From a virus: DNA of 64,000 nt. Position 1 is the first letter of the stretch. Each line of letters begins with the position of its first letter. A program made the translations under genes and the position numbers. The notes below the pieces were generated by a model, which saw only the letters and a list, made by a program, of their open reading frames with translations, was not told the origin of the DNA and did not search any database. The stretch covers positions 1-64,000 of the IMG/VR virus record IMGVR_UViG_3300022908_000002; one strand, written 5' to 3'. Positions 1-9,161 of this stretch are shown piece after piece.

Positions 1-1
1 A

Positions 2-130
2 CTCAACCGTCCGATCCCGATCCCCGTCAACCTCAACAATGTGAAGCTGGCCGCCATGCTGGAGTTTCTCTGGCACTACGCGGCGGCAGCAGCGATGGAC
101 AATCTCGGCGGCCCCGCCGATTCTGCCTGA
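2..130 (+). CDS. 3' end of an upstream CDS (partial, unknown function)
   Basis: Frame is open from the window edge to TGA at 128-130 (...LEFLWHYAAAAAMDNLGGPADSA*). No start codon lies in the window. Confidence 0.35.
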   Translation, partial: LNRPIPIPVNLNNVKLAAMLEFLWHYAAAAAMDNLGGPADSA

Positions 131-350
131 TTTCACCCCTGTTACATGCACATATCTATTAGTATTTGGCTAATTACCGACGGTTACTCATGCGCACGCG
201 CTGGTGGCGGGAGGTAGGCTCCTATGCACGCGATGACGGCGCTTGGGAGCCGTTTTCTGCTGGCATTTGCGTCGCATCTACGGTGCGGTTTGGGAACAAA
301 GAGATATGAGCACCACCACCGCACAGGAACCCGTGAATCAATTCCCGTCC

Positions 351-380
351 TTGACGCTAGTAGACGCCGAAGAGTATACT
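351..380 (+). promoter_or_regulatory. sigma70-type early promoter P1 (TTGACG-18 nt-TATACT)
   Basis: TTGACG at 351-356, spacer ctagtagacgccgaagag, TATACT at 375-380. Lies 37 nt upstream of the helicase GTG. Belongs to the 12-copy promoter family. Confidence 0.7.
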
Positions 381-416
381 TCGTGATCTACACGTTGTTT
401 TGCGAAAGGATGACAG

Positions 417-2609
417 GTGAAAGACAGACGGTTGTCGAAAGTAGATGAACCGGAGAAATCGGAACATCTACCACTGCGGATCGGGGAGGACGTCGCGAAC
501 TCGCCCAATGAAGTCGTGTATGTGCTGACCCGCTATCTCGCAGGGAAATGTGATGGAGCGCGTGTCCCGGACGGACAAGGCTTCAACAAGATTGACGCAA
601 AGCTCGGGCACAGTCTTGCGGAGCAACCGTTCGATCAGTGGACACCGCGTCAGTTGTGGGCAGCACGCAGGATGCTGACTCGGTACAGCAAGCGGCAGTT
701 GCTTCCATGGTGGAGTGCAGTCCCGGACATCGACGAGCCTGTGCGTGCGCGCTCGTCTTCCGATTTAAAACGCGAGCGTGAACAACGCGCAGCCAGTCCT
801 GAGAACCGTGAAGAGCAGCAAACGCGATCCCTGAATATCGACGAGGTCCATGGGAAGCTGTTGCTGGTTCTGCGACAGGAACTTAATCAGGAGTTGGTCA
901 ACGAAATCAAGACCAATATTCCACAGAAGCAGTGGCATCCGAAAGAGAAGTTCTGGAGCGTACCGCTTCAGATCGACTGTTTGGAACCTGTTTTCGACAT
1001 TGCGCTGCGATGGGGATACGACATACCAGATGTTGTCTACCAAGCGTGTGACGTGTTGATGGGTGAGTTCGCTCGGAAGGTTGAATTGAGTTCAGCCGCT
1101 GAGAGCGACTTCGACATTCCCGGACTGAACGGAACACTGTACGGCTTTCAGCGTGCAGGGGTAGAGTATGCGAACACCGTCCATAACGTGTTGATTGCAG
1201 ATGAACCCGGACTTGGAAAGACCATGCAAGCGCTGGGCGCTGTCCAGTCGATGAGCAACTTTCCGGTGATTGTGATCTGTCCTGCTTCGGTGAAGCAGAA
1301 CTGGGCACGAGAAGCGAAGAAGTGGCTTCCACACGTGAAGGTCAAAGTGTTGAGCGGAAGCGCTGAGCCGTTGACACACTTCGATGGATCACCGATCTAT
1401 GACATGGTGATCATCAACTACAACGTCAAGGTCATCGACAAATGGATGACGAATCTGGTCAAGTACAACCCCGGAGCGATCATATGTGATGAGGCCCATG
1501 CGTTGAAAAACCACGCAGCGCAGCAGACGCAGGCCGTTGAATATCTGCTCGAAAACACATCGGCGCGACGGATTTTCCTTTCTGGAACACCCGTTGTGAA
1601 TCGACCGATGGAGTTCTTCCAAATTATCTCCCTGCTCGGATATGCAGACTCATTCGGCGGCGTAGGAAAGTTCAAGCGGCGCTACGACAAAGCGGATGTG
1701 GGTCGTCTCCACGAACTGAACACACGAGCCCGCACGATCTGTCTCGTCAGACGGCAGAAGAAAGACGTGCTGCGTGATCTGCCCGACAAGATGTACACCG
1801 ATGTTCCGTTGGAAATCGATAATCGGGAGGAATACGACCGGGCAGAAGCGGACATCGCTCATTTCTTCGCCATGAAGAAGATTGAAAACGAGAACTGGCT
1901 CACAGAGACGACGATCCATGCCAAGATCAACGCGGCCAAGCTCAAAGTGTCATGGGAAGAGATTCTCGAACATGAGAAGAAGCGGCGGTATCAGGAAGCG
2001 TATGGAATTGGCGCACAGAACGAGCGCATGTTGCGTTGGGAGGCGCTGAAACAGACAGCAGCGAAGGGCAAGCGTTCGCAGGTTCAGCAATGGATCGGAG
2101 AGTTTCTTGCCAACAGTGATGAAAAGCTGGTTGTCTTCGGATTACACACCGAAGATATTGAACTTCTCTCCCGTATGTATGCGAGTAAGTTCGGTGCTAT
2201 TCACATTCACGGTGGAGTCCAAGTGGACAAACGAATGCCGCTCGTTGATCGCTTCCAGAACGATCCCAAGTGCAGACTGATCATCGGTAATATGAATGCG
2301 ATGGGCGAAGGATTGACACTGACCGCAAGTAGTCATGTCTGTTTTTACGAGTTCGGCTGGAATCCGAAAACGATGGATCAAGCTGCGGACCGTTGTCATC
2401 GGATCGGGCAGAAAGACAACGTGATGATCTGGAACCTTGTTGCGATGAACACCATCGACGAAGAGATTGTCCGGCTGATCAACAAGAAGCGGGAAGTCGT
2501 TGATGCCATTCAGGATGGAGCAGGAGCCGATTCACAGATGCGGTTCATGCAGGATTTGGAAGATCGGCTGATGCAGAAGAAGCGTTCTGACGTGGCAACT
2601 CTCCGATGA
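417..2609 (+). CDS. SNF2/RAD54-family helicase (ATP-dependent DNA translocase)
   Basis: 730 aa. Motif I LIADEPGLGKT, motif II ICDEAH, motif III LSGTPVVNRP, C-terminal motifs GEGLTLT and DQAADRCHRIGQ. GTG start follows AAAGGA. Confidence 0.92.
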   Translation: MKDRRLSKVDEPEKSEHLPLRIGEDVANSPNEVVYVLTRYLAGKCDGARVPDGQGFNKIDAKLGHSLAEQPFDQWTPRQLWAARRMLTRYSKRQLLPWWSAVPDIDEPVRARSSSDLKREREQRAASPENREEQQTRSLNIDEVHGKLLLVLRQELNQELVNEIKTNIPQKQWHPKEKFWSVPLQIDCLEPVFDIALRWGYDIPDVVYQACDVLMGEFARKVELSSAAESDFDIPGLNGTLYGFQRAGVEYANTVHNVLIADEPGLGKTMQALGAVQSMSNFPVIVICPASVKQNWAREAKKWLPHVKVKVLSGSAEPLTHFDGSPIYDMVIINYNVKVIDKWMTNLVKYNPGAIICDEAHALKNHAAQQTQAVEYLLENTSARRIFLSGTPVVNRPMEFFQIISLLGYADSFGGVGKFKRRYDKADVGRLHELNTRARTICLVRRQKKDVLRDLPDKMYTDVPLEIDNREEYDRAEADIAHFFAMKKIENENWLTETTIHAKINAAKLKVSWEEILEHEKKRRYQEAYGIGAQNERMLRWEALKQTAAKGKRSQVQQWIGEFLANSDEKLVVFGLHTEDIELLSRMYASKFGAIHIHGGVQVDKRMPLVDRFQNDPKCRLIIGNMNAMGEGLTLTASSHVCFYEFGWNPKTMDQAADRCHRIGQKDNVMIWNLVAMNTIDEEIVRLINKKREVVDAIQDGAGADSQMRFMQDLEDRLMQKKRSDVATLR

Positions 2610-3022
2610 CGCATAAGGAGAATCCCGAGTGGGACAATCCGCGCCCTTGGCAGAAAAACGTAGACCGCGAACAAGCGGTCTACGACATTCTGCGGCACAT
2701 GTTGGATACACGGGGGTATATCCCGCCGATGCCGGAAATGGCCGCTATGTTAGGCATCAAGACGCACAGGTTGTTCATGTATTACCTGCGTCATCTGGAA
2801 GCCAGAGGACTGATCGTGGTTAGGCCCGGCGACAGGAAAAACTACATCGAGGTCGTCGGATTCATGCCGATAGATCGCTTGGACAGGGTACGGAAATATG
2901 CGCGTGCGTGCCTTGCGATGATGCTGGTTGAAGGCAAGTACGATCCTGATTCTGCGCCTTACGCGCGCGCGCACGCGCTTTATAAGGAAGCGAAAGCAGC
3001 GCTCCGGGACGGCGATCTGTAA
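2606..3022 (+). CDS. winged-helix DNA-binding protein (LexA N-terminal-domain-like)
   Basis: 138 aa. AAMLGIKTHRLFMYYLRHLEARGLIVVRPG resembles a LexA/MarR-type wHTH. ATGA overlap with the helicase stop. Confidence 0.55.
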   Translation: MTHKENPEWDNPRPWQKNVDREQAVYDILRHMLDTRGYIPPMPEMAAMLGIKTHRLFMYYLRHLEARGLIVVRPGDRKNYIEVVGFMPIDRLDRVRKYARACLAMMLVEGKYDPDSAPYARAHALYKEAKAALRDGDL

Positions 3023-3032
3023 CTTCTGGGTG

Positions 3033-3062
3033 TTGACGTGAGTTGTCGCCATGAGCGATAAT
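3033..3062 (+). promoter_or_regulatory. early promoter P2 (TTGACG-18 nt-GATAAT)
   Basis: TTGACG at 3033-3038, spacer tgagttgtcgccatgagc, GATAAT at 3057-3062. Confidence 0.6.
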
Positions 3063-3068
3063 GTTTAC

Positions 3069-3157
3069 AGCATCAGTTCTGCTTAGGCACTGACTTGCTG
3101 CCCGATGATCTGCGACAGACGGTGTCTCCCCGCGCTGTCGCAGACACGGGTTTTTTG
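3069..3157 (+). ncRNA. candidate ~90-nt small RNA or transcription-attenuating leader
   Basis: P2 is followed with no credible ORF by mutually exclusive hairpins (3111-3118/3135-3142 versus 3129-3139/3143-3150) and a T6 run at 3151-3156. Confidence 0.3.
3111..3157 (+). terminator. hairpin plus T6 (intrinsic terminator or attenuator)
   Basis: tgcgacag...ctgtcgca and cccg(cgc)tgtc-gca-gacacggg stems, followed by tttttt. Confidence 0.5.
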
Positions 3158-3282
3158 TTATGGAAGGGGAGACGTGTATGTAAGGTCAATTGTCAGAGTG
3201 TGGAAGTTAGTCTCGGCTCTATCACTGTTTCGGGGGTAGATATGACGTGCATATCGCCCTCGATTCTTTATCGGGAATGATT

Positions 3283-3495
3283 ATGAAAGATCGTAGGTTA
3301 GTCGCTGAAAAGCCTGAGTCAATGGACGATCTAGTCGCACAGAGAGATTGGCTGGTTGTGCAGATGAACGGTATAGATCATCGGCTGGAAAGCGATCTGG
3401 TTGTCGGAATCGAGCGAGAGTATGCCGAAGATAAATGGATCGGTTATCTCCGATCATATGAGTTTATTTGCCAGAAAATTGCGAAAGTAGCCTGA
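3283..3495 (+). CDS. hypothetical protein
   Basis: 70 aa from ATG 3283 (the longest ORF starts at 3247). GGGA lies 6 nt upstream. Start is uncertain. Confidence 0.5.
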   Translation: MKDRRLVAEKPESMDDLVAQRDWLVVQMNGIDHRLESDLVVGIEREYAEDKWIGYLRSYEFICQKIAKVA

Positions 3496-3496
3496 G

Positions 3497-3526
3497 TTGA
3501 CACGTGTTGACGCCACGTATTATCAT
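3497..3526 (+). promoter_or_regulatory. early promoter P3 (TTGACA-18 nt-TATCAT)
   Basis: TTGACA at 3497-3502 (2 nt after the upstream TGA), TATCAT at 3521-3526. Confidence 0.6.
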
Positions 3527-3551
3527 GATTTTGTAAGGAAAGGACATCGCG

Positions 3552-3857
3552 ATGGTCAAGCGCATTTTACCGACGGACATTGACACGCTGGCCCGCATGA
3601 GTATGTTGGCTCGCATCGAAGGTGTTCGTCTGAAGCCGATGCCACGTTCGCGCGTGGAAATGATTGCCTACCGAGACGGATCACCCGGACGATATATCGT
3701 GTCCGGTGATTCATGTACGTGCCCCGCGTATCAGATGCGAGGGTATTTTTGCAAGCACCGAGCGAAGTGGATCGACGAGCATATCGCCGATTACAGAGAC
3801 TCGTTGTTTGATGCCATCGCGTCGCGCGAGTCGGCAAAGTTGAAGGAGGGTGCGTAG
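3552..3857 (+). CDS. SWIM-type zinc-finger protein
   Basis: 101 aa. CTCPAYQMRGYFCKHRAKW matches the CxC...CxH SWIM signature. RBS AAGGAAAGGA. Confidence 0.75.
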   Translation: MVKRILPTDIDTLARMSMLARIEGVRLKPMPRSRVEMIAYRDGSPGRYIVSGDSCTCPAYQMRGYFCKHRAKWIDEHIADYRDSLFDAIASRESAKLKEGA

Positions 3858-3942
3858 CGATTAGCCACGTAGTAATCAGTCGTTGTTGTGACATGCCTGC
3901 AATTGTGCAGGCTGTTTGTTTGTCAGAATCGGAGAGAACCTA

Positions 3943-4491
3943 ATGCCTGCTGCCAAGAAGAATAACGTCGTCAAGTTGAGTGGTGGATTCCACGATCCCG
4001 AACTCGAAGAGAACGGGAATGAGGACGGTTACGATCAGGACGAGCCGACCCCCGCCAACGATCTGCTCGGAGGATTCACCTGTGACTTCATCGAGCATGA
4101 CGATGGAACGGTTACATTTCGTCTCTGGGGTGATGCGGAACTCATTATCCGAACGGCTCCAATCGAGTCGTTCAAGAAGGTTCCGGAGAAAGCGGACGGT
4201 CTGGCTGAACTCTATGTTTCGCCGGTCGTGCGTAACCCACAGGTTGATCTGCGTTCGGTTATGGAGTGGAGCGGACGGCAGCTTGCTGTTCATGCTGTCA
4301 CCGAAGCGTGGAACGCGATCTACCCACCGGAGCGTGGAACTGGTCGGCACTCGCTGAAGGTCAAGCTGGAAGCAGTGCAGGCTGAGAACGCAGTCATTGC
4401 CGAGGAAAATGCGAAGAAGGACGCCATGATCGAAGAGATGCTCACGCGTCTCGGCTTCGGCAGCATGGAAGAGTTCCGCGCCGCTCAGTAA
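3943..4491 (+). CDS. hypothetical protein (acidic N-terminus, coiled-coil C-terminus)
   Basis: 182 aa from ATG 3943, with GGAGAG 7 nt upstream. Followed by the terminator at 4541-4578. Confidence 0.7.
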   Translation: MPAAKKNNVVKLSGGFHDPELEENGNEDGYDQDEPTPANDLLGGFTCDFIEHDDGTVTFRLWGDAELIIRTAPIESFKKVPEKADGLAELYVSPVVRNPQVDLRSVMEWSGRQLAVHAVTEAWNAIYPPERGTGRHSLKVKLEAVQAENAVIAEENAKKDAMIEEMLTRLGFGSMEEFRAAQ

Positions 4492-4540
4492 ACTACGCCT
4501 GCTCACACAAGCACACGCGAATCACACACACACTCGCGGG

Positions 4541-4578
4541 AAGGGGAGTTGCTCGAAAGAGTGGCTCCCCTTTTTTTG
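4541..4578 (+). terminator. rho-independent terminator
   Basis: aaggggag...ctcccctt stem followed by a T7 run at 4571-4577. Confidence 0.8.
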
Positions 4579-4596
4579 TTGTCCTCTAGCCGCTGC

Positions 4597-4626
4597 TTGA
4601 CGTGAGTAGACGCCGAAGTGTATAAT
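4597..4626 (+). promoter_or_regulatory. early promoter P4 (TTGACG-18 nt-TATAAT)
   Basis: Spacer tgagtagacgccgaagtg is nearly identical to the P1 spacer. Confidence 0.75.
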
Positions 4627-4680
4627 TCCTTATACGCTCACACGCGAGCGGAACTGGTTCACCATCAAGGGAGACACAAG

Positions 4681-5100
4681 ATGGCTACGTTGAACGAAGG
4701 CATTGATCTGGAATTGGAAGACCTCGGCAGACAAATGCGCGAGGCGGAAATGTTGCGGAGAGAAGCCGTTCGCAAGATCAAAGAGTTGGAAGCCGAGCAG
4801 CGCAAGCGGATCAACCAGATCATGCACATGCGCCACTTGGAGTTCACGGTTATTGAAGATGGCCGCAGAGTTCTGAAATGCGAACTTTATCCGCCGTCTG
4901 CACATCAGCGCCAAGTGCTCACGATGTTCGAGCAGGTGTTGACGATGGATAACCTTGAAATGTTGACCACTGTCTATGAGACAGCCGTCAAGTTCCATTG
5001 CCAGTTCACGACGTGGACGACTGAGTTCGGCATGAATCTGGACACAGCCTACGCAGTGCGTGCGAGTGAGTTGAGGGCAGCGCAACAGAGCGCTGCCTAG
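4681..5100 (+). CDS. hypothetical protein (coiled-coil N-terminus)
   Basis: 139 aa from ATG 4681, preceded by GGGAGACACAAG. Confidence 0.7.
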   Translation: MATLNEGIDLELEDLGRQMREAEMLRREAVRKIKELEAEQRKRINQIMHMRHLEFTVIEDGRRVLKCELYPPSAHQRQVLTMFEQVLTMDNLEMLTTVYETAVKFHCQFTTWTTEFGMNLDTAYAVRASELRAAQQSAA

Positions 5101-5124
5101 GGTTTACAGGATCAGGAGACAGGA

Positions 5125-5586
5125 ATGCCGTTGAGTGATGACGAGCGAGAGAAGCTCGGTAAGATGTTGCGCCGATTCAACGAGTCCGACAAGGACAAGG
5201 TTGGAAAGGAAAAAATGACGAAGGCACGGTCAGCCAAGAAGAAGTCGAAGAACTTCTCGGAAGCCATGATGAGTCGGTTGCGAGACGAGAACGAATCTAT
5301 CTTGCGGGACTCACGTCTTGTCCGAGGCGGTGAGAGTTGCTGCCCGAACGATGCGTGCAAGAAGCGGGACGGTGTTGGAATCCTCAACGTCAGCGCCAAC
5401 AAGGACAAGGGCATCTGCGAACACATCGGACTGGCGATGTTCAACGAACACGCAGAGGAAGCCAATGTCATCTTCATCGGCTTGGAGCAAGCAAAGGAAC
5501 TGGTCAATCAGTTGATGGTCAGTATCGCAATCGGTGAGAAGGCATCCGGGATCGAGTTCGATCCATTGAAGAAGGCGGATTGTTGA
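5125..5586 (+). CDS. hypothetical lysine-rich protein
   Basis: 153 aa. RBS AGGAGACAGGA lies directly upstream. Confidence 0.7.
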   Translation: MPLSDDEREKLGKMLRRFNESDKDKVGKEKMTKARSAKKKSKNFSEAMMSRLRDENESILRDSRLVRGGESCCPNDACKKRDGVGILNVSANKDKGICEHIGLAMFNEHAEEANVIFIGLEQAKELVNQLMVSIAIGEKASGIEFDPLKKADC

Positions 5587-6290
5587 TGAGTGACGCAGGC
5601 GAAGGAATCACCCGAGAGGAAATCATGGCAGCGGCGAGTTATATCGCCGACACGATCATCTTGTGTTCCAACTTTCCGGGCAAGTTCGTTGATCGCATCG
5701 ATCCGGGAGTCGGAACGTCGATGATGGTTGCTCTTGCCGAGACGCTGGAACCGGACTCGGACGAGCGCATCGTGGTTCATATTCAAGGCAACAACGTCAA
5801 CATGCTTGATCTGAACGGGGAGCTTGTGGAGCGTGATGTCACCGTCAGGACATACGCCGATCCGCTTTATGCCGATCTGGAAGCGTTCGTCCGGTTGGCA
5901 GGAGACAACGCCCGGTTCGGTTTGTGGAGCAGTCAGTACGGTCGGATCGCATACATCTACGACAACGGCCCGCTCCAAGCGATCACGGTTGGTAAGGATG
6001 GAGAGATTCTGGAGGACGGGTATTACACAGGCGGCAATATGTCGTATGCCTATAACCTCGATGATCCGGGGCTAAGCGAGTGGGGAATCTGTGAAGTGTT
6101 CCCGATGTACGACGAGACGGTCCAGCAACAGCGCCTGAGACAGCGGGATCAGTTTCGCCAACTGATGGATGTGGTTTCAGATTTTGGCGAACTTGACGTG
6201 ACGATTATCGGCCCCGACGGAGAAACCGAGATGGTTTCCGGTGACGCAACGATCAGGCTGAAAATAAAGGCTGACCCTGACCGAGAGTAA
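5586..6290 (+). CDS. hypothetical protein
   Basis: 234 aa. ATG overlaps the upstream TGA (TGATG), suggesting translational coupling. Confidence 0.7.
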   Translation: MSDAGEGITREEIMAAASYIADTIILCSNFPGKFVDRIDPGVGTSMMVALAETLEPDSDERIVVHIQGNNVNMLDLNGELVERDVTVRTYADPLYADLEAFVRLAGDNARFGLWSSQYGRIAYIYDNGPLQAITVGKDGEILEDGYYTGGNMSYAYNLDDPGLSEWGICEVFPMYDETVQQQRLRQRDQFRQLMDVVSDFGELDVTIIGPDGETEMVSGDATIRLKIKADPDRE

Positions 6291-6308
6291 CACAGCGGCT
6301 GGTAATCC

Positions 6309-6338
6309 TTGACACAGAAGTACGGCATGTGTTATAAT
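6309..6338 (+). promoter_or_regulatory. early promoter P5 (TTGACA-18 nt-TATAAT, extended -10 TGT)
   Basis: Spacer cagaagtacggcatgtgt. Confidence 0.75.
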
Positions 6339-6391
6339 TAGAGTACGACCTGCACGCGCAGGAGCGACGGCCTACAAACAGGAGACAACAC

Positions 6392-6691
6392 ATGTCGGCC
6401 AACAAAAAGCAGCTTCGGATTTCAGTCACGTATTCGACGACCATAGAAAACGAGGCCGGATATACGGAAGCGGACATTGCTCGGTTCAAAGCGTTCGCGC
6501 GGAGCATCGACGACGACCGCATTTTCGTCGCTGAGAACGCAATCGACTCCGCTCAGATTCCTGACGGTGAGAAACGTATCGACAACGAAGTTGAGTGGAG
6601 TGAGACGACCTACGAACTTGTGGACGCACACGCTGCGTCAGACATCAACTGGGACGAAGTGACGGGGTACGTTCCGACGTTCTACAACTAG
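6392..6691 (+). CDS. hypothetical protein
   Basis: 99 aa. AGGAGAC lies 6 nt upstream of the ATG. Confidence 0.7.
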   Translation: MSANKKQLRISVTYSTTIENEAGYTEADIARFKAFARSIDDDRIFVAENAIDSAQIPDGEKRIDNEVEWSETTYELVDAHAASDINWDEVTGYVPTFYN

Positions 6692-6706
6692 CGGTCAATA
6701 ATTGAC

Positions 6707-6733
6707 GGGGTGCGGACGCTGTGTCCGCACCCC
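6707..6733 (+). terminator. 11-bp perfect hairpin (probable terminator, weak U-tract)
   Basis: ggggtgcggac-gctgt-gtccgcacccc followed by tatctgtgtttg. Confidence 0.55.
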
Positions 6734-6774
6734 TATCTGTGTTTGCGGAGGCAAACCAAGGAGAGGGAACCGAA

Positions 6775-7077
6775 TTGAAGTACGCCCTGACCGACTACTA
6801 CTCGCCCGTCCTGACGACGGCAGAGGACGGTACAGCAAAGACATGGGGAGATGCGCAGGCTGGCGAAATACACATTTTCGACACGCTTGACCAGCTTTTC
6901 GACGAGATTCAAGGCTATGTCATCGACACCACGCCTGCCAACAATCCTACGCTCGGGTCGGTGTTTGCTGTGAATGGATCGCCGCTCGAAATCTATGTCG
7001 GCTTCCAAGTCAATGTCGTTGCCGACGACGACGTTCCCGTATTCAATTTTGATGACGCGGATGATGCCGATGCGTAA
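6775..7077 (+). CDS. hypothetical acidic protein
   Basis: 100 aa from TTG 6775, which lies 7 nt after AAGGAGAGG. The longest-ORF start (6721) falls inside the hairpin. C-terminus is DDDVPVFNFDDADDADA. Confidence 0.55.
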   Translation: MKYALTDYYSPVLTTAEDGTAKTWGDAQAGEIHIFDTLDQLFDEIQGYVIDTTPANNPTLGSVFAVNGSPLEIYVGFQVNVVADDDVPVFNFDDADDADA

Positions 7078-7155
7078 CAAATGAGCGCCAGTCAGCGCCT
7101 TCCATTTAATGCGCACACGCGCGCGTAAGGCATGTATTTACAAGGGAGAGATTCG

Positions 7156-7671
7156 ATGAAGTTTACGGTTGCAGAGTTGTCGGTGCTGGAGGACAGCGCA
7201 GAGACGCCGGAGCATCTGCGGGAGTACGTGGAAGCGGCTCTGGACATATCTGAAGGCTTTGATGTCGATATTACGGTCAGTAAGGAGGACGCCAGCCTGA
7301 TCAAGCGGATACTCAACCCGCACTTGTTCATGGCATTGATCCTGTTCATCAGCATGGCATTTGGAATGAGCCAGCACGTATCAGCCATTGGCTACACCAA
7401 TGATTGCAAAGGCTGGGCACAGATGTTGGGTAAGGAAGGAAAGGTGCGAGATAGCATCACCATGAAACGGCTAGGTTGCGACGACAAAAAGTCGCCCACG
7501 CACTATCATGCCACGTTCGATTACAACCGGAATGACTACTGCACCAAGCGCGCACGGTACTACGCTCGCTGGGGATACTTTGGAATGCCGAGGACAGTTG
7601 GAGCCATGGTCGAGAAGGACTTGCCGTTCTGCACAGTCTTCGAGGACGGCTCGTACAGCGCCTACGGATGA
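7156..7671 (+). CDS. hypothetical protein with one central hydrophobic segment
   Basis: 171 aa from ATG 7156, preceded by GGGAGAGATTCG. Contains LFMALILFISMAFGM. Confidence 0.65.
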   Translation: MKFTVAELSVLEDSAETPEHLREYVEAALDISEGFDVDITVSKEDASLIKRILNPHLFMALILFISMAFGMSQHVSAIGYTNDCKGWAQMLGKEGKVRDSITMKRLGCDDKKSPTHYHATFDYNRNDYCTKRARYYARWGYFGMPRTVGAMVEKDLPFCTVFEDGSYSAYG

Positions 7672-7749
7672 GCTAATGGCTCGACTGAATTGAGCACGTA
7701 TATTCGGCCCTGTCACTAGGTACGACACATATCAGTGGGCTGACATTCA

Positions 7750-7794
7750 GCGGCAGCATGACGTCTAACCGACGCTCATGCTGCCGCTTTTTTG
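7750..7794 (+). terminator. rho-independent terminator
   Basis: gcggcagcatg...catgctgccgc (11 bp) followed by a T6 run. Confidence 0.8.
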
Positions 7795-7809
7795 TATCCC
7801 GACCATTAC

Positions 7810-7839
7810 TTGACACAGAACTGCGGCGTGTGTTATAAT
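7810..7839 (+). promoter_or_regulatory. early promoter P6 (TTGACA-18 nt-TATAAT)
   Basis: Spacer cagaactgcggcgtgtgt. Confidence 0.75.
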
Positions 7840-7895
7840 TGCGATGTGATCTGTATGCGCAGATCAAAACCGGATTATCGACGGGAGACAAGTCG

Positions 7896-8300
7896 ATGGC
7901 AAAGAAGTACGTGGTTGAAGTGAAGTTCACGGAGAACGACGGTCGAGAGACGTATCAGTATTCAGCCGAGACGCTGGAAACCGCAATTGAAGTGCTGAAT
8001 CACTTCGCCAGCATTTATGCGGATTCAGGATCGGCGTCGTTCCGTGAAGGGGACATGCACAGCGTTTCGATCATGACGGTCGAAGAGTTCACGGCAACAC
8101 ACGAGTACGAAGATTCGATGCCCGCCGAGGATTGCGGATTCGGAGAAACCGGAGTTGTGTACGGTGAAGTTGCACTGACCGAAATGCGCAATGCCGAATC
8201 TTCCGACCCCTTGCTGGAAGCAGTGTTCAACGCCAAAACGATGGAGCAAGGAATTGCCGCCTTGCAGATGCGTGCAGCCGTCAATGAGTTGAGCAAGTAG
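7896..8300 (+). CDS. hypothetical protein
   Basis: 134 aa from ATG 7896, preceded by GGGAGACAAGTCG. Confidence 0.7.
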   Translation: MAKKYVVEVKFTENDGRETYQYSAETLETAIEVLNHFASIYADSGSASFREGDMHSVSIMTVEEFTATHEYEDSMPAEDCGFGETGVVYGEVALTEMRNAESSDPLLEAVFNAKTMEQGIAALQMRAAVNELSK

Positions 8301-8318
8301 TTTGACCTGAGTTTGGAG

Positions 8319-8350
8319 TCCGGCTGCAACTGAGCAGCCGGACATTTTTG
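8319..8350 (+). terminator. hairpin plus T5 (terminator; member of an intergenic hairpin family)
   Basis: tccggctgc-aactga-gcagccgga followed by cattttt. Confidence 0.65.
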
Positions 8351-8370
8351 ATGGGAGACACATCAGCGCC

Positions 8371-9150
8371 ATGTATGAGAACGTGAACTTTTACGCCACA
8401 GATCATCCGATGAATCTTGCCGAGGACACGTATGCCCGCTTGGAAGAAGCCGAGTATTACGCTCGGGATGAACGTGAGAATCCCGAAGCGTTCCTGCCGT
8501 ATGCGGACGGAGAAAACGGGCCGCATTGGAGCGACATCCCGTTCGAGGAACCGCCGCTGTTCCGTTTCGGTCAGATCATTCGACCCCGGAGTCGCTTCAT
8601 GGATCAACTCGGCACAATCTGGAGTTGCCACGAAAAGAATCGCCACAGCGTGACGTTCTACAAATGTTGGCAGGACGGATCGGAGATTGAAACCGTTCCG
8701 AGCATGGCAGTTCCATACAAGGGAATGACGGACGCCCAAGTGATGGAAGCGAACGGACTGCAACCGTTGATGATTCCCGACAACATGCTGATCTGTCATT
8801 GCCAGTTCCGTGAAACCGAGAGAGCGGACGCCTGCTACGACTGCGACGACCTCGGTTTGATCCACTGCAAGAGCCACATCAATTCGATTGGCCGTCCTGA
8901 CTGGATTCACGTCATCAACGGGCCACAAACGTCGGTTGAGACGCTGCAAGCCGCGTTGATCGAAACCATCACATGCGATCTGTGGTTTCGTGATCACTAC
9001 TCACCGGACGGATCGAGTCTCAATACGGACTGGCATCGAGACTACGCGCTGATCGAGTGGGAACGGATGATCACCCCGGAAGAGGAACGGCTGCTGCGCT
9101 ACAACCAGTACATGCAGTGGGAATCCAACAATCAGGCGATGTGCATCTAA
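8371..9150 (+). CDS. hypothetical Cys/His-rich protein
   Basis: 259 aa, preceded by GGGAGACACATCAGCGCC. Contains CHCQ...CYDCDD...CKSH. Confidence 0.7.
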   Translation: MYENVNFYATDHPMNLAEDTYARLEEAEYYARDERENPEAFLPYADGENGPHWSDIPFEEPPLFRFGQIIRPRSRFMDQLGTIWSCHEKNRHSVTFYKCWQDGSEIETVPSMAVPYKGMTDAQVMEANGLQPLMIPDNMLICHCQFRETERADACYDCDDLGLIHCKSHINSIGRPDWIHVINGPQTSVETLQAALIETITCDLWFRDHYSPDGSSLNTDWHRDYALIEWERMITPEEERLLRYNQYMQWESNNQAMCI

Positions 9151-9161
9151 ACCGTTTGGAG

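Noticed and set aside
217-259. Hairpin ggctcc...ggagcc plus gtttt as the terminator of the upstream partial gene
   Set aside because: It has only a 6-bp stem with a 23-nt loop and a short U-tract. That is too weak to list as a feature.
224-448. 74-aa ORF upstream of the helicase
   Set aside because: It spans promoter P1 and a hairpin and has no RBS. The region 131-416 is better explained as an intergenic regulatory region.
8281-8997. 238-aa minus-strand ORF, plus similar long antisense ORFs (15440..16009, 26225..26887, 33149..33832, 38383..39027, 50887..51642, 54279..55097)
   Set aside because: All are antisense to well-supported + strand genes and have low-complexity translations. They are typical shadow ORFs of a moderately GC-rich genome.
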